Shown piece by piece: positions 8,620 to 18,340 of a stretch of 32,000 nucleotides of DNA. The notes under the pieces were generated by a model, which searched no databases, was not told the origin of the DNA, and saw nothing but the letters and a program-made list of their open reading frames with translations. A program made the translations under genes and the position numbers. Numbering within the stretch: the stretch's first letter is position 1; each line of letters starts with the position of its first letter. The stretch is from Acaryochloris marina S15 (GTDB lineage Bacteria; Cyanobacteriota; Cyanobacteriia; Thermosynechococcales; Thermosynechococcaceae), in assembly GCF_018336915.1 (NCBI RefSeq), contig NZ_CP064923.1:3690001-3722000 (forward strand). Reading direction: 5' to 3'.

Positions 8620-11409
8620 TTAAGCCACCTCAGAGGGTTCAGGCTGTCGCTGAGGTCGGAATTGGAAGAGAGAGTAGACAACATTACGACGAATCGCAGT
8701 CATCATATCCAAAAAGACTTCATATCCTTCGCTCTTATACTCAATCAGCGGATCTTGCTGACCATAGCCTCGAAGCCCTACAGCTTCACGCAACGCATCC
8801 ATCTGCTGCAAATGCTCTCGCCAAAGCATATCAATTTGCTGCAGGATGAAGAATCGTTCTGCCTGGCGCATCAATGTTGGCTCCATCTCATTCACCTCTG
8901 ACTCTTTCTGGTCATAGGCAATACGGACTTGTTCTCGCAAGAACATCTTCATCTCTGGCATGGATAGATCAGCAATATGGCTAGATTCTAGATCCTCTAG
9001 CAAGTAGACAAATTCCTTAGTCTTGTCTACCAACTGCTCCAAATTCCATTCTTCTGGAGGTAGCTCTGGATTGACATAGGCCTCAACAACGTCATCCATG
9101 GTCTGTTCAGCATATTCAATGACCCGTTCTTTCAGGTCCTCGCCTTCCAATACCCGCCGACGTTCGGCATAAATCGCTCGCCGCTGATTATTCATCACCT
9201 CGTCATATTCAAAAACTTGCTTCCGAATATCGTAGTAGTAGGTCTCAACCTTCTTTTGGGCATTTTCTAAGCTGCTCGTCAAGATTCGAGACTCAATGGG
9301 CATATCTTCTTCCACTCGGAAAGCATTCATCAAGCCCGCAACCCGATCACCCCCAAAGATACGTAGGAGATTATCTTGCAAACTCAAGAAGAACCGGGTT
9401 GAACCTGGGTCCCCCTGACGACCGGCCCGACCTCGCAACTGGTTATCAATGCGGCGAGAATCATGTCTCTCAGTACCAATTACATGGAGCCCCCCTCGTT
9501 CTACAACCTTGTCATGTTCTTTGCTAGTGAAGGCGTCATATTCTTCCAGAATCAGGTTATAGACTTCCCGTAGTTTCTGGATGACGGGATCATCTGTAGG
9601 TGCTTTCTCAGAGGCGACCGCCATTAAATCTTCAGCTTGCAGTTCAGGTAAACTCTGTTCACCATATTGCTTAACAGCTGCGTTTACGGCTGCTTTCAAT
9701 AAAGATTCAGCATCCTTAGAAATAGTGGTCGGAAAGATCTCTGGGGAAACCTTCCAGGTTTTTCTCTGCATTCCCTTTTGCTGACCGTCTCCACCAAAAC
9801 CCTGACTACCCGCTTCAGGAAGTTTAACCTGCATCATGGACAACGGATTATCATCTTCTGGCTGGACAATCCGGGGCATTAAATACTCTCGAACCTTAAG
9901 ACGAGCCATATATTCAGCATTTCCGCCCAAGATAATATCTGTTCCGCGACCTGCCATATTCGTGGCAATTGTCACTCGACCCTCACGGCCTGCCTGAGCG
10001 ACAATCTCCGATTCCCGTTCCACATTCTCTGGCTTGGCATTCAGAAGGTTATGAGGAATGCTGCGCTCTAGTAGAAGTTTTGACAAAACTTCAGACTTCT
10101 CAACACTCGTGGTTCCGACCAAGATGGGGCGTCCAACTTCGTACATTTCAGCACATTCAGTGGCAACGGCTAACCACTTGGCTTCTTCACTCTTGTAGAC
10201 CACATCAGAGATATCGTGACGTTGATTAGAGCGATTAGTCGGTATGATCGTGACTTCTAACTTATAAATTTTTTCAAATTCAGCTTCTTCTGTCTTGGCA
10301 GTACCCGTCATCCCTGCCAACTTGTCATAAAGCAAAAATAAATTCTGATAAGTAATCGTGGCTAACGTCTGTGTCTCGTTCTGGATCTCGACTTTTTCCT
10401 TCGCCTCAATCGCTTGATGAAGACCGTCACTCCATCGCCGTCCCGGCATCACCCGGCCAGTAAACTCATCGACAATGACAATTTCATCATTACGAACAAT
10501 GTAATTTACGTCGTTAACAAATAGCTCTTTAGCCTTAATGGCATTGAACACATAGTGAGCCCAGGGATCTTCTGGATCGAATAGATCACTGACTCCTAAA
10601 ATTTGCTCTGCCTCAACAAAGCCTTCATCCGTCAAAATAACGTTGCGAGCCTTTTCATCGACTTCATAATGCTCTTCAGGTTGTAAAGCATTCGCAACTT
10701 TAGATGCATCCAAATATTTTTCCGTTGGCCGCTCAACCTGACCCGAAATAATCAGAGGCGTTCGGGCTTCATCAATCAGAACAGAATCTACCTCGTCAAT
10801 AACGCAATAGTGGAGCGGCCGCTGAACCACTTCCTCAATGGAAGTCGACATATTATCTCGAAGATAGTCGAAGCCAATCTCACTATTGGTCCCGTAGGTG
10901 ATATCGCAAGCGTAATTTTTTTTGCGCTCTGTCGGCGACATGGACTGTTGAATCAGCCCCACACTCAGCCCCAAGAATCGATGGACCTGTCCCATCCATT
11001 CTGCATCTCGTCTGGCCAGGTAGTCATTCACTGTAATAGCGTGAACGCCTTTGCCAGTCAGGGCATTTAGATAGGCTGGCAAGGTTGACACTAATGTTTT
11101 ACCTTCTCCGGTCTTCATCTCTGCAATTTGGCCATCATGCAGAATCATCCCGCCCAGAAGCTGCACGTCAAAGTGACGCATGCCCAACACTCGCTTGGAC
11201 GCTTCTCGCACAACGGCAAAAGTTTCCGGTAAAAGATCGTCTAAGGTCTCACCATTTTTCAGGCGCTCTTTAAACTCATCTGTTTTAGCTTTTAATTCCT
11301 GATCTGAGAGAACCACTACTTCTTCTTCAAGAAGATTGATTTCAACCACATCGGGTTGGTACTTTTTGAGCTTTCGCTTATTCGGGTCGCCCAATAATGT
11401 TTTAAGCAT
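8620..11409 (-). CDS. secA: preprotein translocase ATPase SecA
   Basis: 929 aa. MKTGEGKTL Walker [44 protein letters not shown], all SecA signatures. Confidence 0.97.
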   Translation of the reverse strand: MLKTLLGDPNKRKLKKYQPDVVEINLLEEEVVVLSDQELKAKTDEFKERLKNGETLDDLLPETFAVVREASKRVLGMRHFDVQLLGGMILHDGQIAEMKTGEGKTLVSTLPAYLNALTGKGVHAITVNDYLARRDAEWMGQVHRFLGLSVGLIQQSMSPTERKKNYACDITYGTNSEIGFDYLRDNMSTSIEEVVQRPLHYCVIDEVDSVLIDEARTPLIISGQVERPTEKYLDASKVANALQPEEHYEVDEKARNVILTDEGFVEAEQILGVSDLFDPEDPWAHYVFNAIKAKELFVNDVNYIVRNDEIVIVDEFTGRVMPGRRWSDGLHQAIEAKEKVEIQNETQTLATITYQNLFLLYDKLAGMTGTAKTEEAEFEKIYKLEVTIIPTNRSNQRHDISDVVYKSEEAKWLAVATECAEMYEVGRPILVGTTSVEKSEVLSKLLLERSIPHNLLNAKPENVERESEIVAQAGREGRVTIATNMAGRGTDIILGGNAEYMARLKVREYLMPRIVQPEDDNPLSMMQVKLPEAGSQGFGGDGQQKGMQRKTWKVSPEIFPTTISKDAESLLKAAVNAAVKQYGEQSLPELQAEDLMAVASEKAPTDDPVIQKLREVYNLILEEYDAFTSKEHDKVVERGGLHVIGTERHDSRRIDNQLRGRAGRQGDPGSTRFFLSLQDNLLRIFGGDRVAGLMNAFRVEEDMPIESRILTSSLENAQKKVETYYYDIRKQVFEYDEVMNNQRRAIYAERRRVLEGEDLKERVIEYAEQTMDDVVEAYVNPELPPEEWNLEQLVDKTKEFVYLLEDLESSHIADLSMPEMKMFLREQVRIAYDQKESEVNEMEPTLMRQAERFFILQQIDMLWREHLQQMDALREAVGLRGYGQQDPLIEYKSEGYEVFLDMMTAIRRNVVYSLFQFRPQRQPEPSEVA

Positions 11410-11627
11410 GATTCTAGATAGTAGAGTTCAATCCAATCAGAAATATATATTTTGTCTCACCCATTTGGTAGGCTGCTGACCAACATCAAGCAAAATAGTT
11501 TGGCTAAGCATTTCAACTATTGCCGTCTACTTAAACCCTTATAGATTTGAACCTGATGAATTCGCACTTATCAAATAATGGCACGTTTATTTACGCCATA
11601 TGTAATTGATCCACAAGTAGCCATGTA

Positions 11628-11825
11628 TTATTGACCAAATTCCAGACGGGCTAGCTCGACCAATTCTACCGTTACAACATCCAAGTTTGATTCCCGAGCA
11701 ATCGCTTCAATCTTTTGTCTTGCTTGGGATCTGGCAAAAAAAGGAATGTTTTTGAGTTTTGCTTCTGCAGTTGAAGTCCATTGGAGTAGATCAGTCAAGT
11801 CAGACTCGCGCATTGTCTCCGGCAC
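11628..11825 (-). CDS. PCP-reductase-family small protein (protochlorophyllide reductase subunit B C-terminal-like domain)
   Basis: 65 aa. [30 protein letters not shown] matches the W-x-x-EA-x-x-L-x-x-IPFFVR pattern of the PCP_red domain as I recall it. Confidence 0.65.
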   Translation of the reverse strand: MPETMRESDLTDLLQWTSTAEAKLKNIPFFARSQARQKIEAIARESNLDVVTVELVELARLEFGQ

Positions 11826-11922
11826 CTCTTGGGAGAATTCTTAATTCTATTTTAAATCCTAAACAACTTTAGATGTTGACCTAGCCTGTTTATCTATTTT
11901 GGTTATAAACAAAAATACCCAT

Positions 11923-11957
11923 GAGAAAGCCCCTACCTTAACAGTAGAGGCTTTCTC
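11923..11957 (-). terminator. stem-loop downstream of psbC (probable intrinsic terminator)
   Basis: GAGAAAGCC/GGCTTTCTC 9-bp stem extended by CTAC/GTAG after one mismatch. Lies 42 nt downstream of the psbC stop. On the minus strand it is followed by ATGGGTATTTTTGTTT. Confidence 0.6.
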
Positions 11958-11998
11958 GCTGATACACTCAGCTAGTCATCAAAATTACCAAAGGTAAC

Positions 11999-13429
11999 TT
12001 AGTCAACCGCTGTAGCGTCGATATCAGGAAGAGATAGTGCGTATTCGGTCTTCCGCTCGATTCCCTTCTCGAAACCAGCAGCAGCAGCCCGGGCGCGGCC
12101 GGAGTGCCAAATATGGCCAACGAAGAAGAAGAAAGCTAGGCAGAAGTGTGAAGTGGATAACCAAGAACGGGGAGAAACATAGTTCACCGAGTTAATCTCA
12201 GTTGCCACACCACCCACAGAGTTCAATGCACCCAAAGGAGCATGAGTCATGTACTCAGCTGCACGGCGAGCTTGCCAAGGCTGAATATCATTTCTGAGCT
12301 TGTTGAGATCCAAACCGTTGGGTCCACGAAGGGGCTCCAACCAAGGTCCGCGGAAATCCCAGAAACGCATGGTCTCACCACCGAAGATGATCTCACCAGA
12401 AGGAGAACGCATCAGATACTTACCAAGACCCGTAGGACCTTGAGCAGAAGCGATGTTAGCCCCCAACCGTTGGTCACGAATCAAAAAGGTCATTGCCTGA
12501 GCCTGAGAAGCTTCAGCAGCAGTAGGACCGTAGAATTCACTGGGGTAAACAGTATTGTTAAACCAGATGTAACCCACAGCAATCATTCCGCACATGTAAA
12601 GGGCGCCGATGCTGTAAGAAAGATAGGCTTCACCAGACCAAACATAGGCCCGACGAACCCAACCCCAAGGCTTAACAAGAATGTGGAAAACGCCACCGAA
12701 GATATAGTGAACACCGACGAGAAGGTGACCACCGACAACATCTTCTAGATTGTTAACGCTAACAATCCAACCACCTTCTCCCCAAGGAGAACGAGTAATG
12801 TAACCCAGGAAAGTACCTAAGTTCCAAGTTGGGTTGGTAATCAGACGGACATTACCACCACCAGGTGCCCAGGGGTCATAAAGGCCACCAAAAAACATGG
12901 CTTTAGCAGCAAAGAGAAGTGCACCAATTCCGAGGAAAATCAAATGAATTCCTAGGATTTGCATCATTTTCTCTTTATCTTCCCAGTCATATCCCCAGTA
13001 ATCAGAGAAATCCTCAAACTTAGCAGGGCTTCTGAAGGTGTGATAAAGGCCACCGAAACCAAGGACTGCAGAAGCAATTAGATGAAGAGCACCAATCACA
13101 AAGTAGGGATAGGTACTGATAACTTCGCCACCAGCGCCTACACCAAAACCTTCAGCAGCTAAGTGAGCAAGCAAGATGCTGCCTTGCTCATACATTGGCT
13201 TTTCAGGGATGAAGTGAGAGACTTCAAACAAAGTCATCGCACCGGCCCAGAAGGTGATCATGCCGCAATGGGCGATGTGGGCACCAGTTAACTGACCAGA
13301 CAAGTTAGTTAATCGGGCATTTCCAGCCCACCAGCCATAGCCAGTGGTTGCGCGGTCATAACCAGCCGCAGATGGATTAAAGGGCGTTTCCACGTGGTAG
13401 GACCTCCTCAGGGAAGATGAAGTTTTCAT
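11999..13429 (-). CDS. psbC: photosystem II CP43 chlorophyll apoprotein
   Basis: [63 protein letters not shown]. Start set at ATG 13429 ([18 protein letters not shown], like plastid MKTLYSLRRFYHVETLFN). The GTG at 13393 (the V of HVETPF) is the alternative start known for psbC. The track extension to 13471 is probably not translated. Confidence 0.95.
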   Translation of the reverse strand: MKTSSSLRRSYHVETPFNPSAAGYDRATTGYGWWAGNARLTNLSGQLTGAHIAHCGMITFWAGAMTLFEVSHFIPEKPMYEQGSILLAHLAAEGFGVGAGGEVISTYPYFVIGALHLIASAVLGFGGLYHTFRSPAKFEDFSDYWGYDWEDKEKMMQILGIHLIFLGIGALLFAAKAMFFGGLYDPWAPGGGNVRLITNPTWNLGTFLGYITRSPWGEGGWIVSVNNLEDVVGGHLLVGVHYIFGGVFHILVKPWGWVRRAYVWSGEAYLSYSIGALYMCGMIAVGYIWFNNTVYPSEFYGPTAAEASQAQAMTFLIRDQRLGANIASAQGPTGLGKYLMRSPSGEIIFGGETMRFWDFRGPWLEPLRGPNGLDLNKLRNDIQPWQARRAAEYMTHAPLGALNSVGGVATEINSVNYVSPRSWLSTSHFCLAFFFFVGHIWHSGRARAAAAGFEKGIERKTEYALSLPDIDATAVD

Positions 13430-14432
13430 GGATTTGGTCTTGGGGTGCCATCCAAGCACGAAGACCTTCATTCAAGAGAATGTTCTTGGTGTAGAAGGTT
13501 TCGAACTCAGGGTCTTCAGCAGCCCGGATTTCCTGGCTAACGAAGTCATAAGCACGCATGTTGAGAGCGATACCGACGAGGCCAATGGCAGATGCCCATA
13601 GACCAGTTACAGGTACGAACAACATGAAGAAGTGCAACCAACGCTTGTTGGAAAAGGCAATCCCGAAAATCTGAGACCAGAATCGGTTTGCAGTGACCAT
13701 GGAGTAGGTCTCTTCTGCTTGGGTTGGAGAGAACGCTGCAAATGTATTGGCGTCTTGACCGTCTTCAAACAAAGTGTTTTCAACAGTGGCTCCGTGAATG
13801 GCGCACAACAGCGCACCACCCAAAATACCTGCAACACCCATCATATGGAAGGGGTTCAGGGTTAAGTTGTGGAAACCTTGAGCAAATAACAAGAATCGGA
13901 AGATACTCGTTACACCCCAGCTAGGTGCAAAGAACCAGCTGGATTGGCCCAGAGGATACATCAAAAAGACAGATACATACACGGCAATAGGACCGCTGAA
14001 AGCAACTGCGTTATAAGGACGCACGCCGATCAGACGGGCTACTTCGAATTGACGCAGCATGAAGCCGATCAAACCGAAGACACCATGTAATGTGGTGAAG
14101 TTCCACAATCCACCCAGCTGACACCAGCGGGTGAAGTCACCTTGAGCTTCGGGGCCCCACAACAAAAGTAGGGAGTGGCCGAGGCTGTCGGCGGGTGTGG
14201 ATACAGCTACGGTCAAGAAGTTAGCACCTTCTAGGTAGGAGCTAGCAAGACCGTGGGTGAACCAGGAAGTTACGAAAGTTGTGCCGGTAAACCATCCCCC
14301 AACGGATAGAAACGCACAGGGGAAAAGTAGAATACCTGACCAACCAATAAAGACGAACCGATCACGCTTCAGCCAGTCGTCGAGGACGTCAAACCATCCT
14401 CGCTCCTGGGCGCGTCCGACTGCTATGGTCAT
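13377..14432 (-). CDS. psbD: photosystem II D2 reaction-centre protein
   Basis: 351 aa. [62 protein letters not shown]-terminal [12 protein letters not shown]. Overlaps psbC by 53 nt. Confidence 0.97.
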   Translation of the reverse strand: MTIAVGRAQERGWFDVLDDWLKRDRFVFIGWSGILLFPCAFLSVGGWFTGTTFVTSWFTHGLASSYLEGANFLTVAVSTPADSLGHSLLLLWGPEAQGDFTRWCQLGGLWNFTTLHGVFGLIGFMLRQFEVARLIGVRPYNAVAFSGPIAVYVSVFLMYPLGQSSWFFAPSWGVTSIFRFLLFAQGFHNLTLNPFHMMGVAGILGGALLCAIHGATVENTLFEDGQDANTFAAFSPTQAEETYSMVTANRFWSQIFGIAFSNKRWLHFFMLFVPVTGLWASAIGLVGIALNMRAYDFVSQEIRAAEDPEFETFYTKNILLNEGLRAWMAPQDQIHENFIFPEEVLPRGNAL

Positions 14433-15032
14433 GGAAATAAACCCTCTTGATCTAACTTAAAAATTGCAAGGCCGCAAAATTTTCTTTCGAACCTTGTGAG
14501 GTTTCTCAGAAACCGGACTAAGGAATCGAGAGTTTGAGTTCTGGGAATTAATAGTGTAAATCGCCCTAGAACCTCAACCTACACCTCTTCATAACCAAAT
14601 GTTATAGAGATCATTCAATAAATGTAACAGAGATTTGCCAGAAATTGTAGCGGCTACAAAGGTACTTCCACAGAGGTTTAGCCAACTTAGAAGTGAGGTT
14701 GAGTACAAAACTTTACCCACCTCAACCATCGATTTTTTGGGGGTTGGCTCACAAAATGGCTGTCTATTAACTAGGCCTTAAGAGAAGTAAAGTTATATGG
14801 AACTCTCGAAATAAAACTTCATATAGAAAGCCTACAACTTTATTAATCTCATCAAATTTCATAGATAACGCTAGTAGTGTCTGGATATGACAGTAAACGT
14901 TTTAGCCCCTTGGGAGCCTATTTCTATGTTCTTAGCGGTCCACTACAGCCTCATCAATTGTTGAGCTGAGCAGCTTATACTCATATATCAGTGCTCATCA
15001 TTAGTTTAGGAATCACAAGAACTCATCCGATC

Positions 15033-15596
15033 ATGACCACACAGAAACTATTAGATAAGCAAACTTTGCGTTACGAAGTTCTTGGGACTCGCCGGTTTAG
15101 TAACTACATGATCGCGACAATGGTTTCCATTGGAGGGGTTGGTTTCTTCTTAGCTGGTCTTTCTAGTTATTTCAAAGTCGATCTGCTACCAACAGGTAAT
15201 GCTGTTGATCTCATTTTTATTCCTCAAGGCATCGCTCTTTCTTTCTACGGCACTTGTGGTTTACTACTAGCAACCTACTTATGGCTAACCATAAGCTGGA
15301 ATGTCGGGGCCGGCTTTAATGAATTCAGTCAAGATGCCGGGAAATTTCGACTATTTCGTTGGGGGCGCCCAGGCAAGAACCGAAAAGTTGAGCAAACTTA
15401 CCCCTTAGAGAATATCCAATCTGTCCAGATCAAAATCCGTGACGGACTTAATCCCCAACGGACTATCTATCTGAGAATCAAGGGTCGTAATGATATTCCT
15501 CTCACCCGGGCGGGGCAACCCATGGCTCTGGACAAAATTGAGAATCAAGCAGCTGAGATTGCTCGTTTCTTGGGCGTTCCTATGGAAGGTTTGTAA
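15033..15596 (+). CDS. ycf4: photosystem I assembly protein Ycf4
   Basis: 187 aa from ATG 15033 (the track ORF starts at GTG 14991). RYEVLGTRRFSNY, two N-terminal TM helices, GFNEF and RIKGRNDIPLTR resemble the Ycf4 family. Confidence 0.85.
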   Translation: MTTQKLLDKQTLRYEVLGTRRFSNYMIATMVSIGGVGFFLAGLSSYFKVDLLPTGNAVDLIFIPQGIALSFYGTCGLLLATYLWLTISWNVGAGFNEFSQDAGKFRLFRWGRPGKNRKVEQTYPLENIQSVQIKIRDGLNPQRTIYLRIKGRNDIPLTRAGQPMALDKIENQAAEIARFLGVPMEGL

Positions 15597-15625
15597 ACCC
15601 CAAAAATTTAGTTTATTGATTCCTT

Positions 15626-16429
15626 ATGCTTCACTCAACAAAATCTATCGGCTTATTCAGGTCATTTTGGGTGATGGTGCTCGTGTTCTTATTGATGGCA
15701 TGTAGTGCTCCTTCCAATTCCTCAAGTACATCAGATACTGGGGGAGCATCACCATCTGCTTCTCCGGCATCTGAGAGCACTCAAGATGGCAATGAAACGA
15801 CTTCAGTTCCAGGTTCAGAATCAACATCTCCCTTGGCTCAACTACCGCAACTGCAAGGGGACGCCACAGTAGTACTGCAAGTCAATGGAAAAACAATCAC
15901 TCTGGCAATTAATGGTAAAGATGCTCCCATTACAGCAGGAAACTTTATCGATTTAGTTGATCAAAAAGTGTACGACGGTACCGCGTTTCATCGGGTTGTT
16001 CGGACCCCCTCTCCCTTTGTCGTCCAAGGAGGAGATCCACAAAGTAAGGATCCTAATTTCCCTGTACAACAGCTGGGGACTGGAAGCTACATTGATCCTG
16101 AAACAAAGCAAGCCAGATACCTGCCCTTAGAAATTCTGCCCGAAGGGGCTGAGCAAGCCATTTACAGTAAAACTTTTAAATCTGCAGGAGAAAGCAAGCC
16201 CCCGAAACTGCGACACACTCGGGGTGCAGTCGCTATGGCCCGATCTCAATTGCCTGATTCAGCTTCTGCCCAGTTCTACTTTGCCCTTGACGATGTCGAT
16301 TTCCTAGATGGAAACTATGCGGTCTTTGGGTCTGTAACGGAGGGGATGGAAGTTGTAGATCAGATCCAACAGGGTGATCGTATTGAATCTGCAAAAGTTA
16401 CTGCAGGCATAGAGAATCTCAAGCGATAA
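15626..16429 (+). CDS. cyclophilin-type peptidyl-prolyl cis-trans isomerase, probable lipoprotein
   Basis: Signal peptide ending LLMAC (lipobox-like), Ser/Thr/Pro-rich linker, then cyclophilin motifs FHRVV, FVVQGGDP, GAVAMAR, SASAQFYF, YAVFGSVTEGMEVVDQI. Confidence 0.88.
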   Translation: MLHSTKSIGLFRSFWVMVLVFLLMACSAPSNSSSTSDTGGASPSASPASESTQDGNETTSVPGSESTSPLAQLPQLQGDATVVLQVNGKTITLAINGKDAPITAGNFIDLVDQKVYDGTAFHRVVRTPSPFVVQGGDPQSKDPNFPVQQLGTGSYIDPETKQARYLPLEILPEGAEQAIYSKTFKSAGESKPPKLRHTRGAVAMARSQLPDSASAQFYFALDDVDFLDGNYAVFGSVTEGMEVVDQIQQGDRIESAKVTAGIENLKR

Positions 16430-16447
16430 TTTGATGATTGTGGCTCT

Positions 16448-16927
16448 ATGGCCATAATGGACTTCCAAATTCGATTAGCAAACTTTAGTGATAAGCATAT
16501 ATTGCTAAGTTTGCTGATTGCTTTCCATAAACACTTGCAGATGCCAATAGTAAGCCAAGGCAGACTGCATGCTGCATTAGAAAGGTTGATGGAAGATCCG
16601 ATGTGTGATTTCACCCTGGCAGTGACCGCACATGAGTCAGGTTTGGCATATACACAAATTCGCTATTTTTACTCTTTATGGTCTCTGGGTTTAGAAGCCA
16701 AACTAGAAGATTTATACGTTGTCCCTGAAGCACAGGGACAAGGACTAGGGTCTCAGTTATTAACCTTCTCAATTGAGCAGGCCCGACAACGACAATGTCG
16801 ACTAATTGGTTTGAATACAAATGAAGGCAATATAGCCGCGAAATCTCTCTATATCCAGAATGGATTTAGCTGCCAACCCTCACGATGGCAAAGTGGACAA
16901 CAACTTTGGTTTGAGAAAATTTTGTAG
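16448..16927 (+). CDS. GNAT-family N-acetyltransferase
   Basis: 159 aa. LYVVPEAQGQGLGSQLL (acetyl-CoA motif A, Q/R-x-x-G-x-G/A) and LYIQNGF. Confidence 0.75.
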   Translation: MAIMDFQIRLANFSDKHILLSLLIAFHKHLQMPIVSQGRLHAALERLMEDPMCDFTLAVTAHESGLAYTQIRYFYSLWSLGLEAKLEDLYVVPEAQGQGLGSQLLTFSIEQARQRQCRLIGLNTNEGNIAAKSLYIQNGFSCQPSRWQSGQQLWFEKIL

Positions 16928-16933
16928 TCTTAC

Positions 16934-18097
16934 ATGATGGCCAAGATTGTTGTTACTGGAATGGGGTTAGTCTCAGCCCTAGCACCTAGTCTAGGCAAGA
17001 CCTGGTATAGACTAATTTGTGGTGAGTCAGGGATCCAGAAGTGCCATCCTTTTCCAGATATTCCTGCTCAACCATTAGCATTGGTTGAGTCTCGGCCTAG
17101 TTATCTTGAGGACTTATTAAAACCTGCTTTATCTGAAGCGTTAGACGATGCAGGTCTAGCGCCACCCATGAGGGATTGTGGCGTAGCGATTGGGTCTAGT
17201 CGTGGTTTTCAATCTCAGTGGGAGGAGGGAGCATCTGCTTATCACGCCTCTAATCCCTCTCATGGTGAAGAGAGGTCACTTTTAGCCACCCCAGAGTGTC
17301 TTGCCCGCATTTATGGTGTGTCTCCTGCCTCTATTGTTGCCCAGTCTATTGCAGCCCAAGGCCCTGTTCTGGCCCCCCGTGCTGCTTGTGCCACCGGAAT
17401 TTGGGCAATTGCTCAAGGGGCCGATCTTATTCGAGCAGGTTATTGTTCACGAGTGATTGTAGGTGCTGTTGAAGCCCCCATCACACCGTTGACCCTCGCA
17501 GGGTTCAATAAAATGGGCGCTATGGCTCAATCAGGTGCCTACCCCTTCGATCAGAATCGAGAAGGGTTTGTTTTAGGAGAAGGGGCTGCGATTTTAGTTT
17601 TAGAAGAAGCGTCTAGCGCTCAAAAACGACAGGCCAGAATATACGGTCAAATCTTGGGGGTAGGATTAACCGTTGATGCCCACCATATGACTGCGCCTGA
17701 GACCAGTAGACAGGCCGCTATAACCGCTATTCAGGATTGCCTGCAACGCAGTGGCTTAAAGACATCTGACATTGGCTATATCCATGCCCACGGCACGGCA
17801 ACTCACTTAAATGATCAGGCAGAAGCTGCAGTGATTAAAGCACTATTTCCATCTTCAGTTGCTGTTAGTTCTACAAAAGGGGCTACAGGACATACATTAG
17901 GTGCATCAGCAGCATTTGGATGCATATTCAGTCTGATGGCTCTTTCTCATAAAGTGCTTCCGCCTTGTGTCGGGTTGAAAGAACCAGCATTTGACCTGAA
18001 TTTTGTCTGTGAATCCCATCGTCATAATATGCAGTTCGCTTTATGTTTAAGCTCTGGTTTCGGTGGACAAAACACGGTCTTAGCTTTATCTTCATGA
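16934..18097 (+). CDS. beta-ketoacyl-ACP synthase family protein (FabF/FabB-like paralog)
   Basis: 387 aa. IVVTGMG, active-site Cys in AACATG, HAHGTAT, KGATGHTLGASA, GFGGQN. C-H-H triad of elongating KAS enzymes. No adjacent acpP. Confidence 0.85.
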   Translation: MMAKIVVTGMGLVSALAPSLGKTWYRLICGESGIQKCHPFPDIPAQPLALVESRPSYLEDLLKPALSEALDDAGLAPPMRDCGVAIGSSRGFQSQWEEGASAYHASNPSHGEERSLLATPECLARIYGVSPASIVAQSIAAQGPVLAPRAACATGIWAIAQGADLIRAGYCSRVIVGAVEAPITPLTLAGFNKMGAMAQSGAYPFDQNREGFVLGEGAAILVLEEASSAQKRQARIYGQILGVGLTVDAHHMTAPETSRQAAITAIQDCLQRSGLKTSDIGYIHAHGTATHLNDQAEAAVIKALFPSSVAVSSTKGATGHTLGASAAFGCIFSLMALSHKVLPPCVGLKEPAFDLNFVCESHRHNMQFALCLSSGFGGQNTVLALSS

Positions 18098-18340
18098 GCA
18101 TTAGTATTAAAGGCTACATTACGGGGAATGGGTTGAGTTTTTTGCGGGGTCTCTCTATTCGGAATGAGGAAGAGTGATTGAAAATGATGGATCTCTTGGG
18201 CGATGAATTGGGCACACTGGATGCAAGCTATTTAACGGAGTTACGAGAAGTTTGTAGTTTACGATTACTTTCTGCCCAAACTAAAACTTGCTAAGCTTCT
18301 TGTACTCTTTGCAGTAAATCTTGATTGTTTCTAAAAAGAT

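Noticed and set aside
11535-11558. TPP-riboswitch-like fragment ACCCTTATAGATTTGAACCTGATG
   Set aside because: Only the ACCC..GAACCTGAT part resembles the THI-box. The upstream CTGAGA element and the downstream CTGGATAAT..CCAGCG pairing are missing, and no plus-strand gene follows.
12242-12748. 168-aa plus-strand ORF antisense to psbC, with similar antisense ORFs at 13607-13924 in psbD
   Set aside because: It is entirely embedded in strongly conserved PSII genes on the opposite strand. The sequence is low-complexity, with no recognisable motifs and no independent start context. It is a typical shadow ORF.
14601-14628. Possible HLR1 (RpaB) site upstream of psbD: minus-strand GTTACATT-TA-TTGAATGA followed by TATAAC
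   Set aside because: The first half-site matches (G/T)TTACA(T/A)(T/A) perfectly, but the second matches only about 4 of 8 positions. The spacing to the putative -10 element is unverified, so it is too weak to call.
18184-18294. 36-aa ORF (..LGDELGTLDASYLTEL..) considered as a decayed acyl carrier protein next to the KAS gene
   Set aside because: The resemblance to the ACP DLGADSLDTVEL motif is superficial. The phosphopantetheine-attachment DSL serine context is absent, and the length is less than half that of an ACP.
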